Source: Neodothiora populina (lineage: Eukaryota). Taken from it: a stretch of 64,000 nucleotides of DNA. The notes below the pieces were generated by a model that saw nothing but the letters and a program-made list of their open reading frames with translations, searched no databases and had not been told where the DNA came from. This document shows, one piece after another, positions 21,999-33,800 of this stretch. Position 1 is the stretch's first letter, and every line of letters starts with the position of its first letter. The translations under genes and the position numbers were made by a program. The stretch covers positions 1,550,001 to 1,614,000 of the forward strand of contig NW_027191404.1 of NCBI RefSeq assembly GCF_041146345.1. The letters run 5' to 3'.

Positions 21999-23075
21999 AT
22001 GGAAACCAGCGAGCGAGGTAGTAGTTCGAAGCTGCGTTTCCCTCTCCGATGTTCATACTGTATTTTCTTGTTTATATGATCCATATCGAAAAGCGAAGCT
22101 CAAAACGCGGACTGTTTCATACAATATAGCTTCATGTATATACTGTGTCATACGAAAGAACGAATCTTTTCAAGTAAATCTGCGAGAAATGAATCTTAGC
22201 CCCTCTCACAGATCATACAGTACTCAAAAATAAAGTACCATGATTTCTAGCCCTAGTTAGAGACTACACCTTCCGTAAGATACCCCTCGTGTTATCACTC
22301 AAACTATGCCTCGGTCTTCGGTCTCCCCGCTAGATGATACTATCGCTGCCGCCATAAACCCTCGGAGCTGGCAACGGATGAATCAACCTTGACCTGATAG
22401 CCTACTGTACTGTACCTTATATTGCCTTGTGTAGCCTTTGGTCCAGCCCTTGTGTAGGCTCTTGTTAGGTCCTTACTCAGACTTCGTTAAGCCTTCCCTT
22501 GCCCAGAGCTGGGTACCTTTCAGGGTTATGAGGAAGGGTTCAAGTAGGGCAGGAAGAGATGTTACCTTGGAAGCGAGAATTACTGTAATAGCCCTACCTT
22601 GCCTAGCAACTGAAGTGAGGTGAGCCATCTCAAGCTACGGATGGTACTGTACTGTTCAAATTATCGGATGGATATAGCATACCTAATTTACTCACTTCAG
22701 TCAAGGGAATAGCATATCACACCGTATCTGAAAAGTGGGTTTCCAACGTTCTCTGGTTCTGTAACAAGCAGCTTGTCGAGCAATATCGATAGCAAAGAGC
22801 ATGCAGCAGCCACCACCGGCGGATATCAAAAGGGTATGAATTTCGATGCTAAGCAAGAAACCGAATTCACAAATCGAAGGCGGCGGAAGGAAAGGGCCAG
22901 CCTCCAAAAAAGCACCAAAAAGCCAAGAAGAAACAACAAAAAAATCCGATCCTGCTCCTGCCATCCGTGAACGGTCGGGACGTTGACGCCAGAAACTCCT
23001 GTTGTCGACGCCGGACACCGCCTATACCTTTCTGAGCATCCAACGTGATATGATAAATTCAGCTTGTGAATCTGA

Positions 23076-24939
23076 TTATGCGGTGACGGCGACATCACCA
23101 GCAGTGCGCTGAGTCTGGCTCTCGAGACCGCCTGATGCGCCCATCTCTGCCCAGTCGCCCCAGAGACCTCGCTTGCCTCTGATACGCATGGGTCCACCGA
23201 TCTGATCTGTCGGTTGATCGACCTTGATCGCGTCCTTGGTGCCGAGAACGAGCATCTCGAAGAACATTTTGGTGGCGTCTTGCTTGGTTGTGCGTGCCTC
23301 TGGACAGATGTCTGTGAAAAGTACGCTTTGTTGTGCGCGGTCAACGTCTGCTGGGGGTTGGCCGTCCTCGTCGGAAAAGCGCTCGCGGAGGATGTGAACG
23401 GCGTGCTTGGTACCCAAGGAGACAGGTCCAGAATCTGCAGGGTGGAGAACGGGCATCGTAGTCTCATCGAACGCAGGTCCGGGAGATATCGGGCCCTCGT
23501 CTTGCTCCTCTCCGGCAAATTCCTCTTCTGGGCCAAGTGGTGCGAAGTCGTCGCCTCCCAGAGTAGGGTCTGCACCGAATCCGGCATCCTCTATCTCTGG
23601 CACGGTGGTCGACGGTCCAGCCGCGAGATGCTCCTCCTCAACAACAGTCTCAGGTAACCCTCTGTCGCGCTTGCGCTTGAGTTCACCAGTGTTGCGCACT
23701 ACCTCGAGTGAAAGGATTCCTCTCAATTCTGGCGCCCATCCCAAACTACGGCCGTCGCCCAGAATACCAGACACAAAACCACCGTTCTTCTGCATCTCCA
23801 TAAGCGTCAAAAGCATGGGGTCACGAGGCAAGAAAGTAGGAGCCCGGAGAATCCTGCTGCGATCTTCTTGCTGAGCCTTGATTTGCGAGTTTGCGAGCTC
23901 AGTGGTGACGTCTGCTTGCAAGACCTTGCGACGCTTTGCGCGCTGCTGCGCTTGAACCATGGTCTCATCTTCTTCTTCCATGGGCTCCTGCTCGAGTCGG
24001 AATGAACGCTCGTATTCTTGCTGAAGGTCGCGTTCGGCACTAGCACGAATGTCCGACAAGGGCGAAGCACTGTCGCGTTGTCGTCCAGCGCGCTCGAGAG
24101 CTGACAGGTTGCTTTCCTCAATGCCGAGGTCAAGGCCGGTCATACCTCCCATCTCAACGTCGTCATCGAATGCCAAGGCTGGCACATCCTCAGGAACTAT
24201 CGTTGGTTCATCTTTGTCGTCAAGTCCAAGATCAATGCCAAGATCTTCACCGTAAAGCATGCTTTCGTCCCTCAGCTCAGGTCTCGCAGACTCGGCACGT
24301 CTGCCGACTTCGATGGTGCGGTCCTCAGGCGGGGGCGACGCGATGTCGTCGCCGAGATCAATGCCCAGATCGTCATCCTCTAGTTGAATGGTCTCCTCGG
24401 CCTGGCGGGTGTCCATGCTCTGAGGCATTATTTGGGAAGTGCCCCAGTCGAGCAAAGTAGGATCCTGACCAGGTGCGCGAACGTCGTCTTGCAGTAGCTC
24501 ATCCAGATCCGGCATGGGTGCGAACAAGTCGAGCTCTGTGATGGTATCTGGAAGAACAAGGGCCGCAGGGTTGGCTGTATGAGATTGGTTAGAAGGCAGG
24601 TCTACGTTTCCTGGGCGAAAAGCCTAGGCTCAGTCAGCATACACGATGCGCAATGTTTTTCTTGTTCCTACATACAAGCTTGATCTTCATAAGGGCCTCA
24701 TTGCAGTCATCTAGCAGATAGCGTGCCTTTCGGCTGTAGATACGAACGACACCAAGCAGCAATTGACCGCTCAAACGAAGCGCGATTGGGGCCTGGTTAG
24801 TGTCGATGATGGTATGAACACTGCTCTCGATATTCGATTGCAGAATATTCTGTTTAGTGAGCTTGCGCTCAATGTTGGCGGCGAGCCAGACACGCGCGAG
24901 CGGGCCTGTCTTGGCCAGGAGAGTCTCCGAGTAGAACAT
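23076..24939 (-). CDS. RAD21: Cohesin kleisin subunit Rad21/Scc1; intron 24624-24675
   Basis: N-terminus MFYSETLLAKTGPLARVWLAA...ALRLSGQLLLGVVRIYSRKARYLLDDC. C-terminal winged helix ATKMFFEMLVLGTKDAIKVDQ. Confidence 0.96.
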
Positions 24940-25064
24940 GACGGATTAATGCTGGGCGGTATCTAGCGACTCAGAACAGAAAGAAAGAAAAGACAAGATA
25001 CGGCACGCCACGACTGGCGGCAGCAGCTCTATTTGGGGATGGGAAGTATTGTTGACGCAGCGTG

Positions 25065-25086
25065 ACGCGACTTGAAAAAGACGCGT
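25065..25086. promoter_or_regulatory. MCB (MluI cell-cycle box) elements upstream of RAD21
   Basis: ACGCGA at 25065-25070 and ACGCGT at 25081-25086, 125-150 bp upstream of the RAD21 ATG. Yeast orthologues are MBF targets. Confidence 0.55.
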
Positions 25087-26035
25087 TCAAGCGGGCGCAA
25101 AGGATCCCTCGGGCTTTGCGGAAAAACACGATGCGCGATTAATGTATCGAAAAAATAATATCGTGATAATGTGGACTTGAACAAGTTGGAGTCAAAAATG
25201 CGCAGAGGCAGAATATCGGTGTAAGAAGAATAATAGATTATGGATGACGGATTATGGATGATAGATGGATACCTGAGCGTTTTGCGAAAGTCGGGTGGCT
25301 GGAGAGAAGACCGCTGCGCGACTGTCGATATGCCAAGAGAATTCATGCTCATTGAGTCGGCGTCGTAGGGCTGAGTGTCGGTGGCTCGCCCCCAAGATAC
25401 TTTTACCTTCACACTTCAGTACGGCTCCTATTATTGTTTCCGTTCTTGGGCGAGACATCGCCAATGATGTGTGCTTCTGGTGTCGAACTTGTATGGAATA
25501 TTCTGCGAAAGACAAACAGGGTTGTCTGAATATCTTTGACATTTGATTCGCTTCTCAAATTCCATCGAGAACTCACAGACTGGGCCGCATCGGCACAATG
25601 GTATATGCTCGAGTCGTGGTTGCTCTCTCTATCGTGAACAGCGTCTCATAGCATTGACAGCTGCATTGCCTTGTTCCAGCCAAGGCATGTTTGCATATTC
25701 CCGAGTTACTGAACTGGTCGAGATTCACCAAAGATTCTCGACATACACATACAAGTGTAAGGTAGCGCTTACGAAGCAGCAGCAGTGAAGCAGCAGGTGC
25801 AGGAACAGGCTGGGGTAGACAAGGTAGTTCTTACAGTAGTTCATCAACAGATAAAGTAAGGTGTTGGTCACTACCGTACCAAAGATTCAAGTAAAGACCT
25901 TCCAAAGCTTTCCCCACGTTTGACAAGTCAGCACAAGGTAAAGATATGCTAGTAATTAAGGCATGGTGTACTAGCAATCACTCCGATGCTACTCTAAGAT
26001 TCCCGTGCCGTAGTTGCGCTTAGGGTTATTTCTGT

Positions 26036-26064
26036 GTACTGTACTGTACTGCACTGTACTGTAC
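26036..26064. repeat. (GTACT)n pentanucleotide microsatellite, about 6 units
   Basis: gtact gtact gtact gcact gtact gtac. Confidence 0.85.
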
Positions 26065-26368
26065 CATACTTGTCAACTACAAGCTGGGACTAGGCTTTCG
26101 TCGTCTTCCTCAAGTCTTTGACCTTTGTTGTCTACTTTGATTTCTTTGTTCTCGCCTTCCCTGACAGCATCCAAAGCGCGTCGCATTAATGAGCTTTTTC
26201 TGAGTACAGCTTCCTTTCATTCTGATTCTTGCTCATCAACGTCTGCGCCATACGGTCCTCGACATCGGTGTTAAGAAACAGCCATCTGTGTACTGCCAGC
26301 TTCTCCTTTTCGTAGCATAGGTCAAACAGCAGCGACACAAGGCCATTGATGGCCACCCACGGCTGTCC

Positions 26369-29300
26369 ATGTCTAGATCCTCCACCCCGGCTCTGCCACT
26401 CTACAGGAACAACAATGCAACTCGCGAGCCTGCGCCATCACTACTCATTCCATCCCAGCCACTCACACCATTGAACCCCCACCCGCAGTCGGCGCATTCT
26501 GTAATTACCCCTTTCTCTTGTCTAGACTATCAGACGAGTGTCAGCGACTAACTAGTTGCAGCAATCAGTGTCATCGACATACTCAATCCTAACGCCTGAA
26601 GAAACAGTCACACGCCTCTTCACTTCGCTTACACATGGACTCCAGCCAGGAGAAGCATCCTCACGCTTACACACTGATGGCCCAAACGAATTACCGCACG
26701 AGGAAGAGGAGCCGCTATGGAAGCGATTCCTGAAACAGTTTCAAGAAACCCTGATCCTCTTGCTGCTCGCCTCGGCCGCCATCTCTGCACTCATGGGAAA
26801 ATTCGAAGATGCTATCAGTATCGGGCTCGCCGTTACCATTGTCGTCACGGTCGCTTTTGTGCAGGAGTACAGGTCGGAGAAGTCAATGGAAGCTCTTAAT
26901 CATCTTGTGCCACATTCGGCACATGTCATTCGCGGCGAGGAGCCAGCCATTGCCAACGGTAGTGTCGATGGCAGAGATCAGGACTCCTTTGCGAAGATAG
27001 CAGCTGCCGAAAGAGTCTCGAGGACCGTCCCAGCCGCATCGCTGGTTGCCGGCGATCTGGTGCTCTTCCACACTGGCGATCGCATCCCCGCAGATATCAG
27101 AATCACCAAGGCTATCGACCTCTCCATCGACGAGTCCAACCTCACAGGCGAGAATGAGCCGGTCCACAAAGTCGCCGTATCGCTGGAAAGCAAGCTTACG
27201 GAGCAGAAAGCATCAGCTATCCCAGGAACCCCCACCTACGCATCTGAAGCTTCAGGTACGGTCGGTGTTGATCTCCGCCTGAATGAACAGAAAAATATTG
27301 CTTTCATGGGAACGCTGGTCAGATCAGGCTATGGACAGGGCATTGTGATTGGTACTGGCGGCAACACCGAATTCGGTGCCATCTCAGCATCTCTTCAAGA
27401 AATCGAGAGCCCTCGAACACCTCTGCAGCTTTCTATGGACCGTCTTGGCAAGGACCTGAGCTACATGTCATTCGGCATCATCGCTTTCATCATGGTCATC
27501 GGTTTCCTACGCGGACGACCTTTCATGGAGCTCTTCCAAATCGGCGTCTCGCTTGCCGTCGCTGCGATCCCAGAGGGCTTGCCCATCATCGTGACCGTCA
27601 CCCTGGCGCTTGGCGTGCTTCGCATGTCTAGACGAAACGCAATCGTTCGCAGACTTCCCAGCGTTGAGACACTGGGATCGGTAAACGTCATCTGCAGCGA
27701 CAAGACAGGCACACTCACCATGAACCACATGACCGTCACCAAGATGTGGCACTTCGATGATGCAGCCCCTGTCGATATCACCAAGATAAGTTCTTCAGAA
27801 CCACCAGATGCCGCAACCCGAACAATCCTCAGAGTAGGCAATCTTGTCAACAATGGACGCATGGGCTCCGACCCCGGCTCTCGTACTACAGCTGCATCTG
27901 CGGCGATTCTTTCAACCATGGGTGGAGATGATGCGGCCAGCGCGAAGAGCCGATGGACTGGCCAACCTACCGATGTTGCTCTTCTCGATTTATTGGATGC
28001 TTTCGGTGAGGAAGACAGGCGCGATCATGCTGGACATCGGCGCAACGAAACTCCTTTCAGCTCTGAACGGAAATGGATGGGCGTCGTACTGCAAAGCCCA
28101 TCAGATGGTAACGGAAGCGACATAGCCTACATCAAGGGTGCCTTGGAGCAAGTGCTTAGACGATGCGATACCTACATTACATCCAACGGCAGCGAGATAG
28201 TGCTTGACGACCAGAGGAGGCAAGAAGTCTCCAAGGCTGCGGATGACATGGCGAGAGAAGGCCTTCGCGTTCTCGGATTTGCGAGTGGAACTGTACGCGA
28301 CACCGAGAAGGCGACCCGCAGCTCTAGGAGCGCAACTCCCTCCGAGAAGGCGTCGACCACAGGCAGCACTTTGGTAGAGGATGAGCATTTATACCAAGGC
28401 TTGGTCTTCGCTGGCTTGGTAGGCATGAGTGATCCTCCACGTAAGGGTGTAGACAAGTCAATCCGGAAACTCATGGCTGGAGGAGTCAAGGTCATCATGA
28501 TCACTGGTGACGCCGAAACCACCGCTTTGGCTATCGCCAGCAAGCTTGGCATGCCGGTGAACATGAACTCGGCAGTCGGATCGCCCGTGCTTCGTGGAGA
28601 CGAGCTTGATCGCATGAGCGAAGAAGATCTGGCCCAAGCCATTGTGAGGACCTCCGTCTTTGCACGTACCAGTCCCGATCACAAGATGAAGATCATTAGG
28701 GCGCTCCAGTCTCGTGGCGACGTTGTTGCGATGACTGGCGACGGGGTTAATGATGCTCCTGCGTTGAAGAAGGCAGATATCGGCATAGCCATGGGCAAGC
28801 TCGGCACCGATGTAGCAAAAGAAGCTGCCGACATGATCCTCACTGACGACAATTTCAGCACCATCCTCGGTGCCATCGAGGAGGGCAAGGGAATCTTCCA
28901 CAACATACAGAACTTTCTGACATTCCAGCTCAGCACATCAGCTGCTGCGCTGGGTTTGGTCATGCTCAGTAGTGCGTTTGGCTACAAGAATCCGCTGAAT
29001 GCCATGCAGATTCTCTGGATCAGTAAGTCGACTATCTGTCTGTACATGTTCACATGGATTATCTAACAAGAGAAATAGACATTCTTATGGATGGCCCTCC
29101 CGCTCAATCCCTTGGTGTTGAGCCTGTCGATAAAAGCCTTCTCACCATGCCGCCGCGCCCTCGCCATGCGCGAGCTCTGACCCCTCGACTTATCCGCCGC
29201 GTTCTTCAGTCGGCTGTGGTGATAGTCGCGGGAACTCTTTACACGTACATCAGTAATCTCACCGAGGCCGACCTTGCTGCTCATGAAGTTTCATCCCGAG

Positions 29301-29644
29301 ACACAACTCTCACTTTTACAGCTTTCGTGCTGTTTGATATGTTCAATGCGCTTACTTGCCGTTCGGCTACTAAATCTGTACTGAATGGTGAGCTACGATT
29401 CTTAGGCGACAAAGCGAACAGTATGTTCAATTACGCAGTCGCTGGGAGTCTCCTCGGCCAGGCACTGGTCATTTACTTCCCACCCTTACAGGGCATCTTC
29501 CAGACGGAAGCGCTTGGGTTCCGGGACATTGTTGGGTTGACTGTGCTGGCCAGTACAGTGTTCTGGGTCGACGAAGGCAGGAAATGGTATGAACGAAGCA
29601 GGGGTGGCGCTGGGGGTTATGTTGGATACAGTTCCAGGGTCTAG
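26369..29644 (+). CDS. PMR1: Golgi Ca2+/Mn2+-transporting P-type ATPase; introns 26501-26561 and 29023-29078
   Basis: [25 protein letters not shown] phosphorylation site, [18 protein letters not shown], and spliced [15 protein letters not shown] (SPCA/PMR1 signature). Confidence 0.95.
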
Positions 29645-30808
29645 AGAGGGATGAAGCCACCATGCATCCTGCACAGCTCGCTTGTACGCATAAGCTTTTG
29701 TTTTTTGGTTTGGCATAGAAACGAAGCACTTGGATCTGCGTTTTAGCGAAACCCCCTTTCCCATCGACACTGAAATAGTTATAGCTTAAAGTACAGCACT
29801 TATCTTTGATGTTCAAATCACCAAAAGTGCATCCGCCAGATTTTATGCACAGCAGCGACACCCGCATGAGGCACAGTAGATCGCTCGAAGCTCGCTCTAA
29901 GGTACGGTATCTTAGTGCATTGACCATGCACGATGATGCGGTGGCCGGACCTCGATCCGTCATCCCGCTCGTGTCGTGACGGTTTCAAGGACGCTCCGGG
30001 CTGAACTTAGCAAATGAAATCCCCCTCTCTGATCCTCGACCTAAAATGAAGCATTGACGAGATTCATGGTCTGGTTCGCGCCAAGGCACAAATTGTATAC
30101 CGTCATGGCGAAGTGGTCAGCAACAGCAGAGGAGTGATAAGGTACAGAGCTTGTGCAGCAGAGATTTCGAGCTCACATGGTACTTGTATGTAGTTCCTGA
30201 GGAATGACTCAAGGGGTCGTCGCTGTTTGAGAACGAGGAAAACGAACCGACGACTATCGTCGCACGATGGTAAGACTAAAGGGATCGATCCATGTTCCGG
30301 TGTGCGCTGCTCCTGCTGGCTGGCTGCTGGCCGCTGCTGTTGCTGCACAGCTTGCATCGAACGTGTTGGCTTTAGTGGGATAAGCTTTGACCTGTGGAGA
30401 GAACCACAGACCCAAATCGATCGTTTTGCTGGAGGATTAAGCCGAGACCAGCTTGGTGGATGGGATCGATCTGTCATCATAAACGCGGCTCTTGTGAGCC
30501 TCAATCCTTAATCCCCAGACCTGCAGAGTGCTGTACGTCAAGGTACGAGATATCGGGCTCTCGCTCCTGCTGTACTGTACTTTATGTGTGTGTGAGTGAG
30601 TGTCGAAGGAGCCGTCAGACTGCCAACCCTTTTCCTTTCAGATCTGCAGCTCTAGAAGCGTCGTAGCGTCCCTCATTCTCTCTCGCGAGACAGGGTCTGT
30701 TCTCGACACATTTGTTATTGCATGTGTTTTACCCGTCTTGTTCTCTGTCGGTCAATGGTCTGGTAGATCCGTCTCGATCAACGCGCTTTCCGCGCTTCTT
30801 TAGAAATC

Positions 30809-33800
30809 ATGCCCGAGGGGAGGCAGAGATCAGAGCAGGACACACAGGTCTTTCTCTCACGATTATTTGAACGATTGAAGACAGACACGCCTGGATATGA
30901 ATGGGATGAGAAGCATCTGCCGTTCCACTCGGTAAGAGAGTACCACCCCCGCCGGGATACATTATCATTCAAGACCACCATCATCATCTTCTTCATCATC
31001 ACCAACCCCATCGCTGCAGTTCGTTCTGAAGCAAGACCATACACTGACCGCGACTCACTGTCCACAGTCCTACGACAACTGGCACACGTTTGGTGTGTTG
31101 AAGGCGGCGAATAAGATCTATCCAGGAACCCGAAGACAGAGCAAGGACTCATTGAAGAGCGCCGACAGCAGAAGCAAGGCGACTCCAGAAAACAAAGCTG
31201 TGTCGGAACGAGGTGGACGAGATGGCATTCCTGTCGTGGCGCGCATATCGCGACACATTGTGCGCCTTGAGAGAGAGTACAAACTGGCAGAAAAACTCAA
31301 GGCTGAAGTGGATCCGCAATGCGACCATTTTGTAGAGCCCATCCAGTTCTTGCGCCTGCCTGCCCGGCTTCCTGGCGAGTCCACACTGGTGGCATTTATA
31401 GTTCGTGCACCTGGGCCGAATTATCTCAAAGAGCTGGTTGAGTTTGGTCCGAATGTCTATCGAGGATCAGTCGATCACACCCCTGCCACTCCCACTCTTA
31501 CTCCCACTCCCACTGCGCCGGTCGACCACCACTACCTGCAGCGCGCTCCGGATACATTCGAGAAGATACCTATGCACTTATTCATGGACTTTGCCATCGG
31601 CGCTGCTGAATGTTGTGAGATACTGCATCACGGAAAAGAACTCGTACACGGCGAGCTACGTGCGGATGCCTTCCACTTCGAATGCAAGTCTGGCCGAGTC
31701 AGGCTTATCAATTTTGGCTCGGGCGCTCGCTCATTCGAGAATGGCTTGACGTCGGCTGGATGGAGTTCGATTACTTCAGAGGTGGGGATAGAGCACAAGC
31801 TGCAATTCATCGCACCGGAGCAGACTGGCCGAATGCCTGCCGAACCCGACACCAGAACAGACATCTACAGCTTGGGCATCCTCTTCTGGACCATGCTCAC
31901 GGGTGAACCAGCATACAGAGGCAGTTCTCCCCTCGAGATCATGCAGGCTCTGCTCAGCAAGCGAGTGCCTGCGGTTGACAGCATACGGCTGGATGTTCCC
32001 CATGTCTTGTCGAATGTCATTCACAAAATGACCCAGAAGACCATGGATGATCGTTACCAGTCATCAGCAGGCCTGAAGTACGACCTACAGGAGATCAAGA
32101 GGCTCCTGGGCGAGGGCGATATCACCGCCATCGATACTTTCGTGCTTGGCTCCAAGGATGTCTCTTGCTTCTTCCACCTGCCAAGCGAGCAGATCGGGAG
32201 GCAAGAACAACGGCAAGCGCTGATCTCTGTCATCGAGAACACTGCTGCGCATGCTGCTCAGACCCTACCCATCTCAAAGCGCGGCTTATACAGCCTGAGC
32301 TCTCACACCTCCACCACGCTCTCCGGCGACCGCGCTGATACCACGCTGATGGATGAGAACTTGTCCGTGAGCTCGGCTTCTGGCGGCGATCGGGATGGCC
32401 GGCACAGCTCTATGATCGAGTCGAACCCGCCAGAGACACTCAGAATGCTGCGCGAACACACGTCTCAAGACAGCGTGGTGTCCAGTACGGAAGGCGCCCC
32501 TCTTGAGCAGAATCCCTCCAGTGAAAGCAGGACTTCTACGGGCAATAACGAGGGTACTTCGTCTAAGCCATCTTTCACCAACACTGGGTCGTTAAATGCT
32601 GGCTCGGATGGCTCGCTTCTCCGAACCGCACAGAGACTAAAAAAGCGTGGCAAGACCGTCACAGTATCTATCTCTGGTAGTGCTGGGCTGGGCAAGAGCT
32701 CCTTACTTCGAACGGCTCAGAACACCGCTAGGAAACATGGCTACTACGCTTCGGCCAAGTTTGATCAGATCAAGAGGGCGCCATTCGAACCTGTCTTGCG
32801 AGTGATGAGCTCCATATTTCGCCAGATTTTCTCCGAGAATGACGTAAATACCGACTTCCACAACAATATCCGATCATACATCAAACCATACTGGCCAACA
32901 CTATCCGATTACCTCGATCTCCCGCCATGGCTGCTGTCCCAGTTCATGCCCGGCACTTCTCATTATTCTGCGTCGAGTACACCAACACCACGCCAGAAAT
33001 GCGGTGCTCAGGGCAATACAGCTGCTGACTGGCTTCGCGCTGGTGGCTCAAATTCGAGCAAGAGCAACCGCTTTGTCCAGACATATATCGAAGTACTACG
33101 TCTGCTTGCGCTGCAGAACTTCTTCGTCCTATGTTTCGACGATCTGCAATTTGCTGATGCCGAGAGTCTAGACCTTCTCTGCAACGTCGTCAAGGCCAAC
33201 ATCCCAATCGTGCTGATACTCACCTTCCGCGACGAGAGTTCTTTGCCGCCAACCGTTCAGCCACTTCTCGAGAAAGCAACCAAGATTGATTTGATGCCCT
33301 TCAGCGAAGACGAGACTGCAGAGTACGTAGCAAACACGTTGCATCGTCCTGCGGGAGTGGTCGCGACCCTGGCCGCTGTTGTACAACAAGCCACGCGCGG
33401 CAATCCTTTCTTCATACGAGAGATGCTGGATGTCTGCTATCGAAAAGGCTGCATCTATTACTCCTGGCGTACATCTCAATGGGAGTTTGATCTAGACAAG
33501 GTCTTCGCCGAATTCTCCTCGCCGAATGCTGATGATTTCTCGTCGAACAATTTCCTTCACCGACGTCTTCAAGAGCTTCCGCGCACTTCCAAGTGTGTGC
33601 TTCGCTGGGCGTGCCTGATCGGCAACAGCTTTTCTTTCAATCTCGTAAAACAAGCGATGAGCTGCGACTGCTCCAGATCTGTTCCACGCGAGCTACTTCC
33701 GCCTGACTCGGGCGATCCAGTGTCGGGACTTCAGGGTGCAATCTCAGCATATATTCTGGTTGCAACGGATTTGGAGGATCGTTTCCGCTTTTCTCACGAT

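Noticed and set aside
22826..23874. Overlapping ORFs of 150-250 aa within RAD21
   Set aside because: Alternative-frame or antisense shadows of a well-supported gene.
25460..25530. Possible C/D-box snoRNA (ATGATGT...CTGA)
   Set aside because: The C box is imperfect, there is no clear terminal stem, and I recognised no rRNA-complementary guide.
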